64,000 bases of DNA from Methanobacteriota archaeon (GTDB lineage: Archaea; Thermoplasmatota; E2; DHVEG-1), in assembly GCA_903877165.1 (NCBI GenBank), contig CAIRCU010000024.1:4688-68687 (forward strand), given 5' to 3'. Each line of letters begins with the position of its first letter. Position 1 is the stretch's first letter. The notes under the pieces are model-generated. The model was given only the letters and a program-made list of their open reading frames with translations. It had not been told where the DNA came from and did not search any database. The position numbers and the translations under genes were made by a program. Shown piece after piece: positions 1-9,838 of the stretch.

Positions 1-903
1 CACATGTTCCTGGCCCGCACGCTTGGCGTCAAGCAGATGATCGTCGCGATCAACCAGATAGACGCGACCACCCCGCCCTACGACAAGGCGCGCTACGAGC
101 AGGTCAGGACCGATGTCTATAACCTAGCGAAGAGCGTCGGGTATAAGGACGAGCAGCTGCAGTTCCTGCCGGTCTCCGCGTTCGTCGGCGACAACATCAA
201 GGACAAGGGCAAGATCACCTGGTGGACAGGCCCGACCATCCTTGCTGCGATTGACAACTTCACCGTCCCTGAGAAGCCCGTGAACCTCCCGCTCCGCTGG
301 CCCATCCAGGATGTCTACTCCATCAAGGGAGTCGGCACCGTCCCGGTCGGCAAGATCGAGTGCGGCATCATGAAACCCGGGCAGCAGATCATCTTCAAGC
401 CCAGTATGAAGCCCGGCGGGGTCACCGGCGAGGTCAAGACCATCGAGATGCACCACGAGCAGATCGCCCAGGGGATGCCTGGGGACAACGTCGGGGTGAA
501 CGTCCGCGGTGTCGACAAGAACCAGATCCGCCGTGGCGACGTCGCAGGCCCGACCAACGATCCGCCGACGGTTGCGAAGTCCTTCACCGCGCAGATCATG
601 GTCCTCAACCACCCATCCGTCATTACCAAGGGGTACACGCCTGTCTTCCACTGTTACACCGCGCAGGTCGCGTGCCGCTTCGAAGAGATCCTAAAGAAAC
701 TTGATCCCAAGACCGGACAAGTCAAAGAGGAGAACCCTGACTTCATCAAGACTGGAGACGCCGCGATCGTTAAGGTCGTTCCGACCCGGCCCATGGTCAT
801 CGAGCCGTCCAAGAAGATTCCGCAGCTTGGCCGGTTCGCTATCCGTGACATGGGTCAGACCGTCGCCGCGGGCGTCTGTCTTGAAGTCGAAGCAGTGAAG
901 TAA
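1..903 (+). CDS. tuf: Elongation factor 1-alpha (aEF-1alpha), C-terminal ~300 aa; the 5' end lies upstream of the window
   Basis: Open frame from nt 1. Translation matches EF-Tu/EF-1alpha domains II/III ([32 protein letters not shown]). rps10 follows directly, as in the archaeal str-like operon. Confidence 0.95.
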   Translation, partial: HMFLARTLGVKQMIVAINQIDATTPPYDKARYEQVRTDVYNLAKSVGYKDEQLQFLPVSAFVGDNIKDKGKITWWTGPTILAAIDNFTVPEKPVNLPLRWPIQDVYSIKGVGTVPVGKIECGIMKPGQQIIFKPSMKPGGVTGEVKTIEMHHEQIAQGMPGDNVGVNVRGVDKNQIRRGDVAGPTNDPPTVAKSFTAQIMVLNHPSVITKGYTPVFHCYTAQVACRFEEILKKLDPKTGQVKEENPDFIKTGDAAIVKVVPTRPMVIEPSKKIPQLGRFAIRDMGQTVAAGVCLEVEAVK

Positions 904-953
904 CCACTACTTCACTTCCTTCTCCCTTTCTTTCATTTCAGAGGTACCGGACC

Positions 954-1268
954 ATGCCAGCACAAAAAGCGCGTATTTCACTGACCAGCACAGAAGCAAC
1001 GAAACTTGACGAAGTCTGTTCGCAGATCAAGATGATTGCAGAGAAGACCGGCGTCGCCTTGAAAGGACCGGTGCCGCTGCCGACGAAACGGCTGCGCGTC
1101 CCCTGCCGCAAGTCACCCGATGGCGAGGGCACGGAGACGATCGACCACTGGGAGATGCGAATTCACAAACGGCTCATCGATCTTGATGCCAGCGACCGGG
1201 CGCTCCGCCAGCTGATGCGGATTTCAGTCCCGGATGGCGTACACATCGAAATCGTCCTTAAATCATAG
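954..1268 (+). CDS. rps10: 30S ribosomal protein S10 (uS10)
   Basis: ATG at 954 preceded by GAGGT. The 104-aa product has an S10 signature (…[15 protein letters not shown]…). Positioned downstream of tuf. Confidence 0.95.
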   Translation: MPAQKARISLTSTEATKLDEVCSQIKMIAEKTGVALKGPVPLPTKRLRVPCRKSPDGEGTETIDHWEMRIHKRLIDLDASDRALRQLMRISVPDGVHIEIVLKS

Positions 1269-1375
1269 ACCCACGAGCCGATCCTTGTTTCTTTTTTCCT
1301 TTCTCTTGTTTGGTAAGTACTCTTTTTATACCGTTTTGGGTTTAACCTACGAATGAAAAGGATTGGGAGACGACT

Positions 1376-1463
1376 GCTGAGGTAGCAAAGTTCGGCCCAC
1401 TGCGCCGGCCTTGAGAGCCGGTCCTCCGCAAGGGGGGCAGGAGTTCAAATCTCCTCCTCAGCG
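1376..1463 (+). tRNA. tRNA-Ser (anticodon TGA), class II with long variable arm
   Basis: Cloverleaf folds by eye. Acceptor GCTGAGG/CCTCAGC, anticodon stem CCGGC/GCCGG with loop CTTGAGA, T arm AGGAG-TTCAAAT-CTCCT, and a 5-bp variable stem. No encoded CCA. Confidence 0.85.
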
Positions 1464-1476
1464 CTTCCTCTTCTCT

Positions 1477-1551
<75 letters not shown>

Positions 1552-1661
1552 TTCTAGATGAACACTGTATAATACGACAAGGCATACTAGATTCTTATTG
1601 TAAACACCCAAGGAAATGTTTCTGCTGCCGGGATTCACTATTGATACCTATGAAGAACAGC

Positions 1662-3563
1662 CTAGAGCAGCTTCCAGAGGGCGATCTCAGAGTTCGAACA
1701 GTACGTTCCTCCATCCATAGTATAGTAGGCGGCCACCTTGAGGGTATGCCGGAAGATTGACGGGGAACTCCACAGCCATGTGAATGGAGCTTGGGTATCT
1801 GTGTACCGCAATTGACCGTCGATGTAGAAATCGATTTTCTCCACAGACGTGACCTCGCCGTTCACCTGAGCTTCCACGGTGAATTTCCCTAAGATAAAGG
1901 TGAAGGGGAACGGGGCCTTTTCTTTGCCTAAGGCATAGGCGTGATGCTCCAGCGGCAGTGTGATGACCACGGCGGGCCCAGCCTGGCCGTCGACCACCGG
2001 CTGGTAATCGATTCCTCCCAGCGCTGGACCGCTGTACCGGTCAGGAGAGAAGATACTGACATTCGGATCACAATGTTCATGTACACCGAGACTCTGCGTC
2101 AGGAACGTCCCGTCGTTCTCCGGGTCGTACACGTTTGCGGGCGGTACGGCAGCTTGATGCAGATAGTTCTGGGATCCTTCACAGGGGTCGGTTCCTTCAT
2201 TGTATAAAAAATCGTACATGACGGAGTCCATGGCGATGGGGTCTTGGGAGAAGAAGAGGCTGTTCGTCCAATCGTTGTTGAACGGATACATCAGGAACTT
2301 TGCAATCGTCTTATGATCGACCTTGGTCGCAAACGTCCCATCCCCGATGTACAGCAGCATTTTGCCGCCGAGGTCTCGGTCCGCGAGAAGCGCGGTCGCC
2401 GGCGCAGGGTTCCCCATGATGAAAGAATTCAGATGATCAGGATGGATGTCCGAGACCGGTTCGATGAATGAACCGTAGAGGTTTTTACCGGAGAGCGTCA
2501 CCCCCATGTTGATCGGATGGCGCTTCAGCAGCGGCATGTCGAACAGATATTTCGCCTCAGCGACGCACGTCGGCAGCGTACGGCTCAACCCGGTGCCGTT
2601 GAAGATATAGACGAGGTCTGTGCTGGGCACGACCTTTTCACGGCCTGCAGCCCCGCCCGACATATCCGCGAAGTGCACCGTGGGGAACTCGACTTCAGGG
2701 TGCAGTACCGGGTACTCCTTGTAGTAGACGCGGTCGTAGAAGCAGTTCGGCATCTCCCGCGAGGCGTCGAACACCGTGATGTCCTCCTGGGGGACGCCGA
2801 CGATATTCACCAGCTGCCGAAGCAGCGCCTTGACCACGTACGGGCTGGCATCCCGGTCGTTATCCTCATGTGTATACGCATTTCCACCAAGATACATGAT
2901 TGCGTTGTTCAGGTTGATTTTAAGTGCGATTTTCTCCCCGGGCTGATATCCGGCATCGCCGTTTCCATGATGCTGATTGAAGTCATGGAAGAGGGCATCC
3001 CAAGCGGATGAGATGTTCGTGGTGCCGGTGATTTCGCAGACGCCTTGGCTGAACATAGCGTCGATGACGGTCTGGTTGTCGTTCTGTTTCTCCCACCAGT
3101 ACCCGGTGAGGTTCTGGGCGGTGGCATTGGGATTCCACACCCAGGCGACACGCCCGGGATAGATGCCCACAGGGGTCCCCATGGGTTGTTTGGGAATGGG
3201 CGTCCACGAGCCCGTATATATCGAGGTGTCGTCGGTGGGGAGTGTGGCGAAGACCGCGCTGGAAATGGTGGAGACCATGAGGCCTGCGGCGAGAATGGCC
3301 GGCAGGGTTTTCGCTACCCGGGTTTTAGCGGAGCGGACCCAGACGAAGAGGCCGGCGAGCATGCAACTCCAGAAGGTAATGTAGCCGATGGCAATAGCGA
3401 AGGAGATCTGTTGACAGGGGTAGCGGGCGCGTTGCGGTCCAGTGCCGGTGCGCAGTAGGAACCACAGGATTGCGGCGATGCCAGCGAGATGAAACCCGAT
3501 GCCTTTCCATGAAAGCATGTACTTCCAGAGCCGGGAGTGATTCTGATGAGGATGCTGCTCCAT
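1662..3563 (-). CDS. Membrane-anchored extracellular protein (two N-terminal TM helices) with a C-terminal Ig-like domain; function unknown
   Basis: ATG at 3563. Hydrophobic N-terminus (GIAAILWFLL…, ITFWSCMLAGLFVWV). Many N-x-S/T sequons. C-terminal 'KIDFYIDGQLRYTDTQAPFTWLW' is homologous to the Ig-like domain of the 35634..37028 protein. Confidence 0.6.
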   Translation of the reverse strand: MEQHPHQNHSRLWKYMLSWKGIGFHLAGIAAILWFLLRTGTGPQRARYPCQQISFAIAIGYITFWSCMLAGLFVWVRSAKTRVAKTLPAILAAGLMVSTISSAVFATLPTDDTSIYTGSWTPIPKQPMGTPVGIYPGRVAWVWNPNATAQNLTGYWWEKQNDNQTVIDAMFSQGVCEITGTTNISSAWDALFHDFNQHHGNGDAGYQPGEKIALKINLNNAIMYLGGNAYTHEDNDRDASPYVVKALLRQLVNIVGVPQEDITVFDASREMPNCFYDRVYYKEYPVLHPEVEFPTVHFADMSGGAAGREKVVPSTDLVYIFNGTGLSRTLPTCVAEAKYLFDMPLLKRHPINMGVTLSGKNLYGSFIEPVSDIHPDHLNSFIMGNPAPATALLADRDLGGKMLLYIGDGTFATKVDHKTIAKFLMYPFNNDWTNSLFFSQDPIAMDSVMYDFLYNEGTDPCEGSQNYLHQAAVPPANVYDPENDGTFLTQSLGVHEHCDPNVSIFSPDRYSGPALGGIDYQPVVDGQAGPAVVITLPLEHHAYALGKEKAPFPFTFILGKFTVEAQVNGEVTSVEKIDFYIDGQLRYTDTQAPFTWLWSSPSIFRHTLKVAAYYTMDGGTYCSNSEIALWKLL

Positions 3564-3635
3564 TGTACCCCTTTGATTATAATAGGCCCCTCGTTATTAA
3601 TATTTTGCTTCAGGGAGAATAAAAGGGGTGCCGGG

Positions 3636-4922
3636 TTAGTACATCCTTCTCTTCCGTTTCGAAAAGACTTTCGCCCATTTGCTAGTGCTGCCGGTGAGGA
3701 GTCGGTCGGTCTTGAAGATCCAGACAACGATGCTGATGGTGATCATGGCGAAGACCGTGACGTAGATAAGGCCGGCGGCGACGAGGGTGTAGTCGTGGAA
3801 CATGAGTGCTTTTGGTGCCATCATGGGGTGGGAGAACGGGATGGCGAAGGTCAGGACCTGCAGTGCCGGCGGCAGGGTGTCGAAATCCGTGAACATCGTC
3901 AGGAACATCGGGATGAGCGCTAGCATCGTTATGGGGAACGTCAGGGTCTGTGCGCTCTTGTAGTTCTTCGCGAACGTCCCCATGAGCATGCAGAGGGAGA
4001 GTCCTGCGATGAGGGTGACGAACAGGGAGAGGCCGATGAGGATGAAGTCGGTCGGGGTGAGTGCGAGCCCGTACGTGGCGAGGCTCACGCCGCCTGACAC
4101 CCCCAATCCGGCGAGGTAGTAGCTCATGCCGATCATGTAGATGACTGCAAGCATCAGCCCGATGATGGCGGCGGCCGCTATCTTCCCGGTGACGATGCTG
4201 GTGCGTTTCACCGGCAGCGTCAGGAGCGTCTCCAGTGTCTTGTTCTCTTTTTCCAGTGCCATGGAGGTGATGACGATGCTGCCGGCCATGATGATGATCA
4301 TCATCATGACGATGGGGATGAGGGTGGACTGGGAGGACAGCAAGCTGGTGATGGTGGTTGGCGATAGCCCGTCGAACTCCCTGTTCTTGAACTGCGTGCT
4401 GTCGATGCGGATGGTCGGGGTGAGCACGACGGTCGCGTTCACGGAGGCGTTCGAGGCGATCAGGTGCCGTGAGATGTTGGCGTTCATGGTTGAGATGAGG
4501 TACTCCACGGCGGCGCTGGGGATGGCATCCAGGAGACCGGCGCCTTTCATGATCCAGAAGACCTCGATGCTCCCGGGATGGTTATGCTGGATGTTGAAGG
4601 TGAAATTCTGTGGGATGATGATGAGGGCGGCCCCATTCTTCCCTGCGACGGTGGCGAGTCCTTCGGTTTTTTCGGTGATGGATGTCCCGTTGTAGACGAC
4701 TGTGGAGTGGGTGTGGAAGACGGTGGAGGCCATGGTGGCGAGCGTGCCGTTGTCTTCGTTGATGACGCCAATGATGGGCGGTGTCGAAGCTTGTTTTTGG
4801 ATGCCTGAGATACTGTTGCCCATGGAGCCGAAGATGAGCGCGATGAGGATGATGGGCAGGAAGGTCTGTACGGTGAGGAGTTCTTTGATTTCTTTTTTGA
4901 TGATGTTGCTCAGTCCGCTCAT
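3636..4922 (-). CDS. ABC-2 family exporter permease
   Basis: 428 aa with an N-terminal TM helix, a large extracytoplasmic loop and a C-terminal multi-TM bundle. Its ATG overlaps the stop of the upstream ATPase (ATGA). Confidence 0.8.
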   Translation of the reverse strand: MSGLSNIIKKEIKELLTVQTFLPIILIALIFGSMGNSISGIQKQASTPPIIGVINEDNGTLATMASTVFHTHSTVVYNGTSITEKTEGLATVAGKNGAALIIIPQNFTFNIQHNHPGSIEVFWIMKGAGLLDAIPSAAVEYLISTMNANISRHLIASNASVNATVVLTPTIRIDSTQFKNREFDGLSPTTITSLLSSQSTLIPIVMMMIIIMAGSIVITSMALEKENKTLETLLTLPVKRTSIVTGKIAAAAIIGLMLAVIYMIGMSYYLAGLGVSGGVSLATYGLALTPTDFILIGLSLFVTLIAGLSLCMLMGTFAKNYKSAQTLTFPITMLALIPMFLTMFTDFDTLPPALQVLTFAIPFSHPMMAPKALMFHDYTLVAAGLIYVTVFAMITISIVVWIFKTDRLLTGSTSKWAKVFSKRKRRMY

Positions 4923-5638
4923 GCGTGTACCACCTTGGTGAAGACTTCTTCGATGTTTCTGACATGGTGTTTTTCGATGAGTGCCGCGGGTTTGCCTTCT
5001 TCGACGATGCGGCCGTCCGCGATGAGCGCGATGCGGTCGCAGAGGTATTCGACTTCGAGCATGTTGTGTGAGGAGAGCAGGATGGTGGTGCCTTGTTGTG
5101 CCGTGGTTTTGATGAGTTTGCGGATCTCCTGGGCGTTGAGGACGTCGAGGCCTGTGGTCGGTTCATCTAAGATTGCGAGTCGGGGGTTGGTCATGAGGGC
5201 GCGAGCGACGAGCAGGCGGCGCATCATGCCTTTGCTGTAGGTGTCGACGCGGTCGTCGATGCGGGCGCCGAGGTTGGCGATGGTGACGCCTTTCTTGACC
5301 ATGTCGGAGTGGTGTCTGTCTTCGAAGAAGTTCGCGATGAACTGCAGGTAAGCCCGGCCGGTGAGGTTCTTGTATGCGCCTGCGTCCTCGGGTAGGTAGC
5401 TGATGAACTTGCGGATGTCCCCTGCTTGTTTTGCGAGGTCGTAGCCGAGGAGCGTCACCTGTCCTTGGGTGATGGTGAGGAGGGTGGCGAGGACGCGCAG
5501 CGTCGTGGTCTTGCCTGCGCCGTTGGGGCCGATGAGCCCGAAGATCTCGCCTTCGTTGATGGAGAACGTGATTCCTTTTACGGCCTCAAACGAGCCGTAG
5601 TGTTTCACAAAGTTGGTGACTTCGACGGCGGCGGTCAT
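4919..5638 (-). CDS. ABC transporter ATP-binding protein
   Basis: Walker A GPNGAGKTT, signature LSGGMMRRLLVARAL-like and Walker B ILDEPTTGLD. 4-nt overlap with the permease gene. Confidence 0.9.
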   Translation of the reverse strand: MTAAVEVTNFVKHYGSFEAVKGITFSINEGEIFGLIGPNGAGKTTTLRVLATLLTITQGQVTLLGYDLAKQAGDIRKFISYLPEDAGAYKNLTGRAYLQFIANFFEDRHHSDMVKKGVTIANLGARIDDRVDTYSKGMMRRLLVARALMTNPRLAILDEPTTGLDVLNAQEIRKLIKTTAQQGTTILLSSHNMLEVEYLCDRIALIADGRIVEEGKPAALIEKHHVRNIEEVFTKVVHA

Positions 5639-5904
5639 GATGTGTCCCGGCTTCTGGAATTGAGGTCCGCTTTATAAGATGTTTGCCTCCTCCCGGGAGT
5701 CGTCCTTAGACGTTGAAGAAGACGAGGAAGAGTCAGCCGGAGATCGAGAAGGTTTTCTCGTCGAAGATGAGTATCGTGGTGAGGTTCGTGATGCCGGTGG
5801 TGCCGGTGTTGATGACGGTGAAAAACTCAGGAGGTATAGGCCATAATTACGCATACGTTTAAATCAGTCTGAGGGGATTGCGGGCGCGGGTTTGGGTCGC
5901 GTCT

Positions 5905-7071
5905 ATGGCTGAGAAGGAAGACAAGCGGACGGTGTGGACGTTTGCATCCGCCTCGTTTCTGAATGATTTCGGCTCTGACATGATCTATCCAGTGTGGCCG
6001 TTGTTTGTGCTTGCGCTTGGCGCGAACATGGAGATCCTTGGGTTCATCGACGGCCTGGGGGATGCGTTGGTCTCGCTGTCGCAGGCTGCCTCGGGGTACG
6101 TCTCGGACCGGATCCGTCGTCGGAAGGTGTTCGTCTGGACTGGGTACGTCTTCGGGTCCGCCTCGCGGGTCGGGTACGCCTTATCCAGCGTCTGGCAGCA
6201 GCTGGTCCCCTTCAGGATCCTGGACCGGGCGGGGAAGATGCGGGGGGCGCCGCGTGATGCGATGATCGCGGATGCGTCGACCGATGAGAACCGTGGGAAG
6301 CATTTCGGGCTGTTGCACGCGATGGATAACCTTGGTGCGGTCTGCGGCATTATCCTGTGCATCGCGCTGCTGTATTTCTTCGGCTGGTCGTATAACAGTA
6401 TTTTTCTCCTGGCGGCTGTCCCGTCCGTGGTCGCGGTCATCCTCGTGTTGGTCGTCATCAAGGAGAAGCGGGAGACGGGCCGGCGGATCTTCAAAGGGCT
6501 CTCCCTGAAGGATATCGACAATAACTTCCGGCTCTTCCTGGTGCTCAGCGCCCTGTTCGCCTTGGCGTCGTTCAGCTACTCGTTCCTCCTCATCTTTGCG
6601 AAAGGATCCGGATTCCCGATATATACGGTCCCGATTCTGTACCTGATTTTCACGGTGTTCGCCGCATTGTTTTCGTATCCGTTCGGCAGGCTCGCGGACC
6701 GTATTGGGCGCAAGAACGTGCTTTTCATTTCCTATGGGTTCTGGGGTCTCCTCTGTCTGATCTTCATCTTCCTGCAAGCCTACTGGTGGGCGATTCTGTT
6801 CACGTTTGTGCTCTACGGGCTGCATCGGGCGGCGATTGATCCGGTGCAGCGAACAATCGTCTCGGAGATCGCGCCGGTACAGTACCGTGCCAGCAGTTTG
6901 GGCGCCTTCCAGCTGGTCATCGGGTTGTTCGCTCTGCCTGCGTCCCTCGCAGCAGGCATCCTGTGGCAAACCGTCGGGCCGGTTGTCCCGTTTATTTTCT
7001 CCCTGGCGCTGACGGTCGCCTCCGGCATCCTGCTGCTCTGGGTAAAAGAGAAGCGTCCCGAATCTATATGA
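5905..7071 (+). CDS. MFS transporter
   Basis: About 12 predicted TM segments with an MFS-type loop (DRIRRRKV). The ORF-track start at 5878 is TTG; the first ATG is at 5905. Confidence 0.8.
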   Translation: MAEKEDKRTVWTFASASFLNDFGSDMIYPVWPLFVLALGANMEILGFIDGLGDALVSLSQAASGYVSDRIRRRKVFVWTGYVFGSASRVGYALSSVWQQLVPFRILDRAGKMRGAPRDAMIADASTDENRGKHFGLLHAMDNLGAVCGIILCIALLYFFGWSYNSIFLLAAVPSVVAVILVLVVIKEKRETGRRIFKGLSLKDIDNNFRLFLVLSALFALASFSYSFLLIFAKGSGFPIYTVPILYLIFTVFAALFSYPFGRLADRIGRKNVLFISYGFWGLLCLIFIFLQAYWWAILFTFVLYGLHRAAIDPVQRTIVSEIAPVQYRASSLGAFQLVIGLFALPASLAAGILWQTVGPVVPFIFSLALTVASGILLLWVKEKRPESI

Positions 7072-7236
7072 AACACCACGGATTGGCATCCTTCAGGAGT
7101 AGACGATGAACAAGTATCCGAAACTCATGGGATTCGGAGTAGCGATATTGCTTGTCACGTTCTTGATGACGTTTTTAATAACGTCGATTCGCAGAGGTGA
7201 ACAATCTTTAAGTAAAATGAACGGGTTCACTACATA

Positions 7237-7971
7237 GTGAGGGAGACCGTGCAAGACCACGAGATGGAGGAAATCAGCCACTATATTGCCGCACTGAAGT
7301 CCGTCGACTCCGACGCGTTCTACGACAAGGAAGAATCTGAAGTCTGGCCGCTGGTCCATACCGCGGTGGACGCCTTGTTGCATTTAGGACCGACGGTGAC
7401 ACCGCAACTCTGTTCGCTCCTCGGCACCGACTTCACCTGGAGCTGCTTTTATGCGCTGAAAATCCTTCGGCAGACCAAGGACCCCCAAGCAGTCCCCGCA
7501 CTCATCACGCTCCTGGGCCGCGAGTCTGACGACACGCTCGCCTGCGAGGAGACGATGCTGGCTCTCCAGGACATCGGACAGCCCGCAGTGGAGCCGTTAC
7601 TCCAGGAGTTAGCTATACAATTCCACGGGCAGCATTACAACTCGTACCTCGTCGGCGCCCTCACCGGAATCGTCGGACAGACACCCTATGAGTACATGGT
7701 CAATATCGTGCAGGACTACCTGCAGAACCCCGGGAAGTACCACGGCTGGTTCCATCCCGGCGACTTCACGTTCAATTTCGCGAAACAGCAGCGGACCTCA
7801 GCTCTACCCCTGCTGCATCGGCTCCTGGCCGTCAAGAACCTTGACAGCCATGAGCGTCAGGAGATCGCCGAGACGATCGAAGTCCTGGAACACCCCGACC
7901 TCTACGACGAGAGGCTGCGGCAGACCATCAGCGACGTCTCCGGGCCCCTGCCGACCGACGTGCCTCGCTGA
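7237..7971 (+). CDS. Alpha-helical (HEAT/ARM-like) repeat protein, function unknown
   Basis: GTG at 7237 with an alternative ATG at 7264. Repeated helical 'ALLHLG / ALKILRQTKDPQAVPALITLLG' units suggest HEAT-like repeats. No catalytic motif recognised. Confidence 0.5.
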   Translation: MRETVQDHEMEEISHYIAALKSVDSDAFYDKEESEVWPLVHTAVDALLHLGPTVTPQLCSLLGTDFTWSCFYALKILRQTKDPQAVPALITLLGRESDDTLACEETMLALQDIGQPAVEPLLQELAIQFHGQHYNSYLVGALTGIVGQTPYEYMVNIVQDYLQNPGKYHGWFHPGDFTFNFAKQQRTSALPLLHRLLAVKNLDSHERQEIAETIEVLEHPDLYDERLRQTISDVSGPLPTDVPR

Positions 7972-8194
7972 TCTTCATCTACCCGTGATTTTCATTAGGC
8001 GTACAAACCCGATAGATAAGCCAGATTTTTATCCTGTTATAAAGGGGGGGGATAGGTGGAATCTATTTAAACGGGGGATGCGTTGAGTTCATGGGTGCAG
8101 TGTTATTCCGAGGCGTTCTTCTCTGAAGTCCTTTGCGGATAAGAAGTTCGATGAATTCGAGCGGTACGCACTTGAGAGCACGACAGGCCGTCGG

Positions 8195-8992
8195 ATGCTC
8201 TCCGCGGTGTACCGCTCCTCGTTATACTCGTTCTTCCATCGGAAGATCGAGCAGTTCCGTGACGCCCAGCTGATACACGACATCAAACAAGACCCCTTGC
8301 CCACCCATGTGGCGGTCATCATGGATGGGAACCGGCGGTTCGCCCAGGAGCTCGGTCTGTCGTCTGAAGCAGGCCATATCATGGGAAGCAAGAAGATCGA
8401 AGACATCCTCGACTGGTGCTTCCTCCTCGGCATCCCGGTCTTGACGATTTATGCGTTCTCCACGGAGAACTTCAAGCGCAGCACGGAGGAAGTCGAAACC
8501 CTCATGCGGTTGTTCCGCCAGGAGCTGAACAAGGCGAAGGAGGATTCCCGGATTCATCAGTACCAGGTCCGCATCCGGATCTTCGGGCGGCTTGAATCGC
8601 TCCCTGAGGATCTCCAGGAGGCCGCGCGCTCCATCATGGATATGACGAAGGACTATTCGAAGTACTCGTTCAACATCGCCTTGGCGTATGGAGGCCGTGA
8701 GGAGATCATCAACGCCATCAAGCTCATCGCAAGCGACGTCAAAGACGGGAAACTCGACATCCCGGAGATCTCGCAGGATACTGTCTCCTCTCACCTGTAT
8801 ACCAACGGCATCCCGGACCCGGACCTCATCTTGAGGACCTCGGGGGAGGAGCGGGTGTCGAACTTCCTGCTCTGGCAGCTGGCGTACTCGGAGCTCTATT
8901 TCTCAGACGTGTACTGGCCGGCGCTCCAGAAACGTGATTTCCTCGAAGCAATCAAGACGTATCAGACGAGGAAACGGCGGTTCGGCAGTTGA
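8195..8992 (+). CDS. uppS: Undecaprenyl/dolichyl diphosphate synthase family (cis-prenyltransferase, UppS)
   Basis: HVAVIMDGNRRFA and the FSTENFKR motif typical of UPP synthases. Confidence 0.9.
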   Translation: MLSAVYRSSLYSFFHRKIEQFRDAQLIHDIKQDPLPTHVAVIMDGNRRFAQELGLSSEAGHIMGSKKIEDILDWCFLLGIPVLTIYAFSTENFKRSTEEVETLMRLFRQELNKAKEDSRIHQYQVRIRIFGRLESLPEDLQEAARSIMDMTKDYSKYSFNIALAYGGREEIINAIKLIASDVKDGKLDIPEISQDTVSSHLYTNGIPDPDLILRTSGEERVSNFLLWQLAYSELYFSDVYWPALQKRDFLEAIKTYQTRKRRFGS

Positions 8993-8997
8993 AGTCG

Positions 8998-9309
8998 TTA
9001 CGAATTGCCCTTGGAGGAATCCTCCTCCGTGGAATCATCCCGCAGCGACTCATCGTTCTCAACCTCGGAGGCGATCTCCGCAAGCTTCCCGAACATCCGG
9101 GAGAAAAAATACAGGATCGCGCAGGCGCCGAAACACAGCATCGTCAGCGCCGTCAGGATCCCGGCGAGGTCGCCTTTCGCTGAGAAGATATTGAACGCGT
9201 ACTGCAGCAGCGTCAACACAAGAAGAATGAGTCCGAGGATCAGGAAGAATAGTGAGCTCTTCCGCGTCCGCAGGTCGCTGTAGACCGAAAAGACCTTGCC
9301 GTGGCGCAT
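8998..9309 (-). CDS. Small membrane protein (2 TM) with an acidic C-terminus
   Basis: ATG at 9309 abuts the pfdB stop, implying an operon. Hydrophobic FFLILGLILLVLTLL and LTMLCFGACAILYFF segments. Confidence 0.5.
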   Translation of the reverse strand: MRHGKVFSVYSDLRTRKSSLFFLILGLILLVLTLLQYAFNIFSAKGDLAGILTALTMLCFGACAILYFFSRMFGKLAEIASEVENDESLRDDSTEEDSSKGNS

Positions 9310-9675
9310 TTATCCGCCTTGGCCGGCGAGCTTCAGGCCCTGCTCGACCTTGCTTTGCAGCTCGGTGAGCTTCTCCCGGCTCCGCCCCTCTTGTTTCTCC
9401 AGCGTCGTCTTCCGCAGCTGCAGCGACTCCTTAGTAGTCTCCAGTTCCTTCTTCACATCCGCTTTCCCCTTCGTCTTCACAAGGATCGCGCCGATGCTCT
9501 TGAAAATCGGTGTTTTTTCCCCGGCAGCGTCGACTTCCTTGATAGCTTCGTCTATCTCATGGAGCTGGAGCTCGACTTGCTGCCGCTGCTGTGCAAGCAT
9601 CTGCACCTGAGATCGGGTCTGCTGGAGGCGAGAAATCTGATCCTGCAACTGTGGAGAAAGCTGTTCTTCGGTCAT
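9310..9675 (-). CDS. pfdB: Prefoldin beta subunit
   Basis: Coiled coil - beta hairpin - coiled coil pattern (QLQDQISRLQQ…IFKSIGAILVKTKGKADVKKELE…LEKQ). The track start at 9708 is TTG; the ATG at 9675 is preceded by GAGGA. Confidence 0.75.
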   Translation of the reverse strand: MTEEQLSPQLQDQISRLQQTRSQVQMLAQQRQQVELQLHEIDEAIKEVDAAGEKTPIFKSIGAILVKTKGKADVKKELETTKESLQLRKTTLEKQEGRSREKLTELQSKVEQGLKLAGQGG

Positions 9676-9838
9676 TCTGTTGTCCTCGGTCCGGGGTAAT
9701 GGAGTCAACCGTTATAAAACATTCCCCAAACCACCAAAGCCAACAGAGACAGTGCCAATAATATATAATAGAAAATATTATATAGAAAGATAGGAATATG
9801 TTTTTAAGCAAAAAATTTCATCTCTTGTGGCGATAAAA

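Noticed and set aside
124-651. Long antisense 'shadow' ORFs inside confidently assigned genes (e.g. 124..651-, 5985..6521-, 6181..7089-, 11825..12457-, 15791..16357-, 15958..16830+, 24914..26230-, 25057..25926-, 28444..29499-, 43616..44128+, 46393..47112+, 59391..60869+)
   Set aside because: Arg/Pro/Gly-rich low-complexity translations typical of GC-rich antisense frames. Each overlaps a gene with clear homology-grade motifs on the other strand.
7145-7215. Possible C/D-box sRNA (TTGATGAC … ) in the MFS/HEAT intergenic region
   Set aside because: No convincing D box (CUGA) or terminal stem at the expected spacing.
8089-8433. 114-aa minus-strand ORF overlapping the uppS 5' end
   Set aside because: Antisense to a well-supported gene, with a low-complexity translation.
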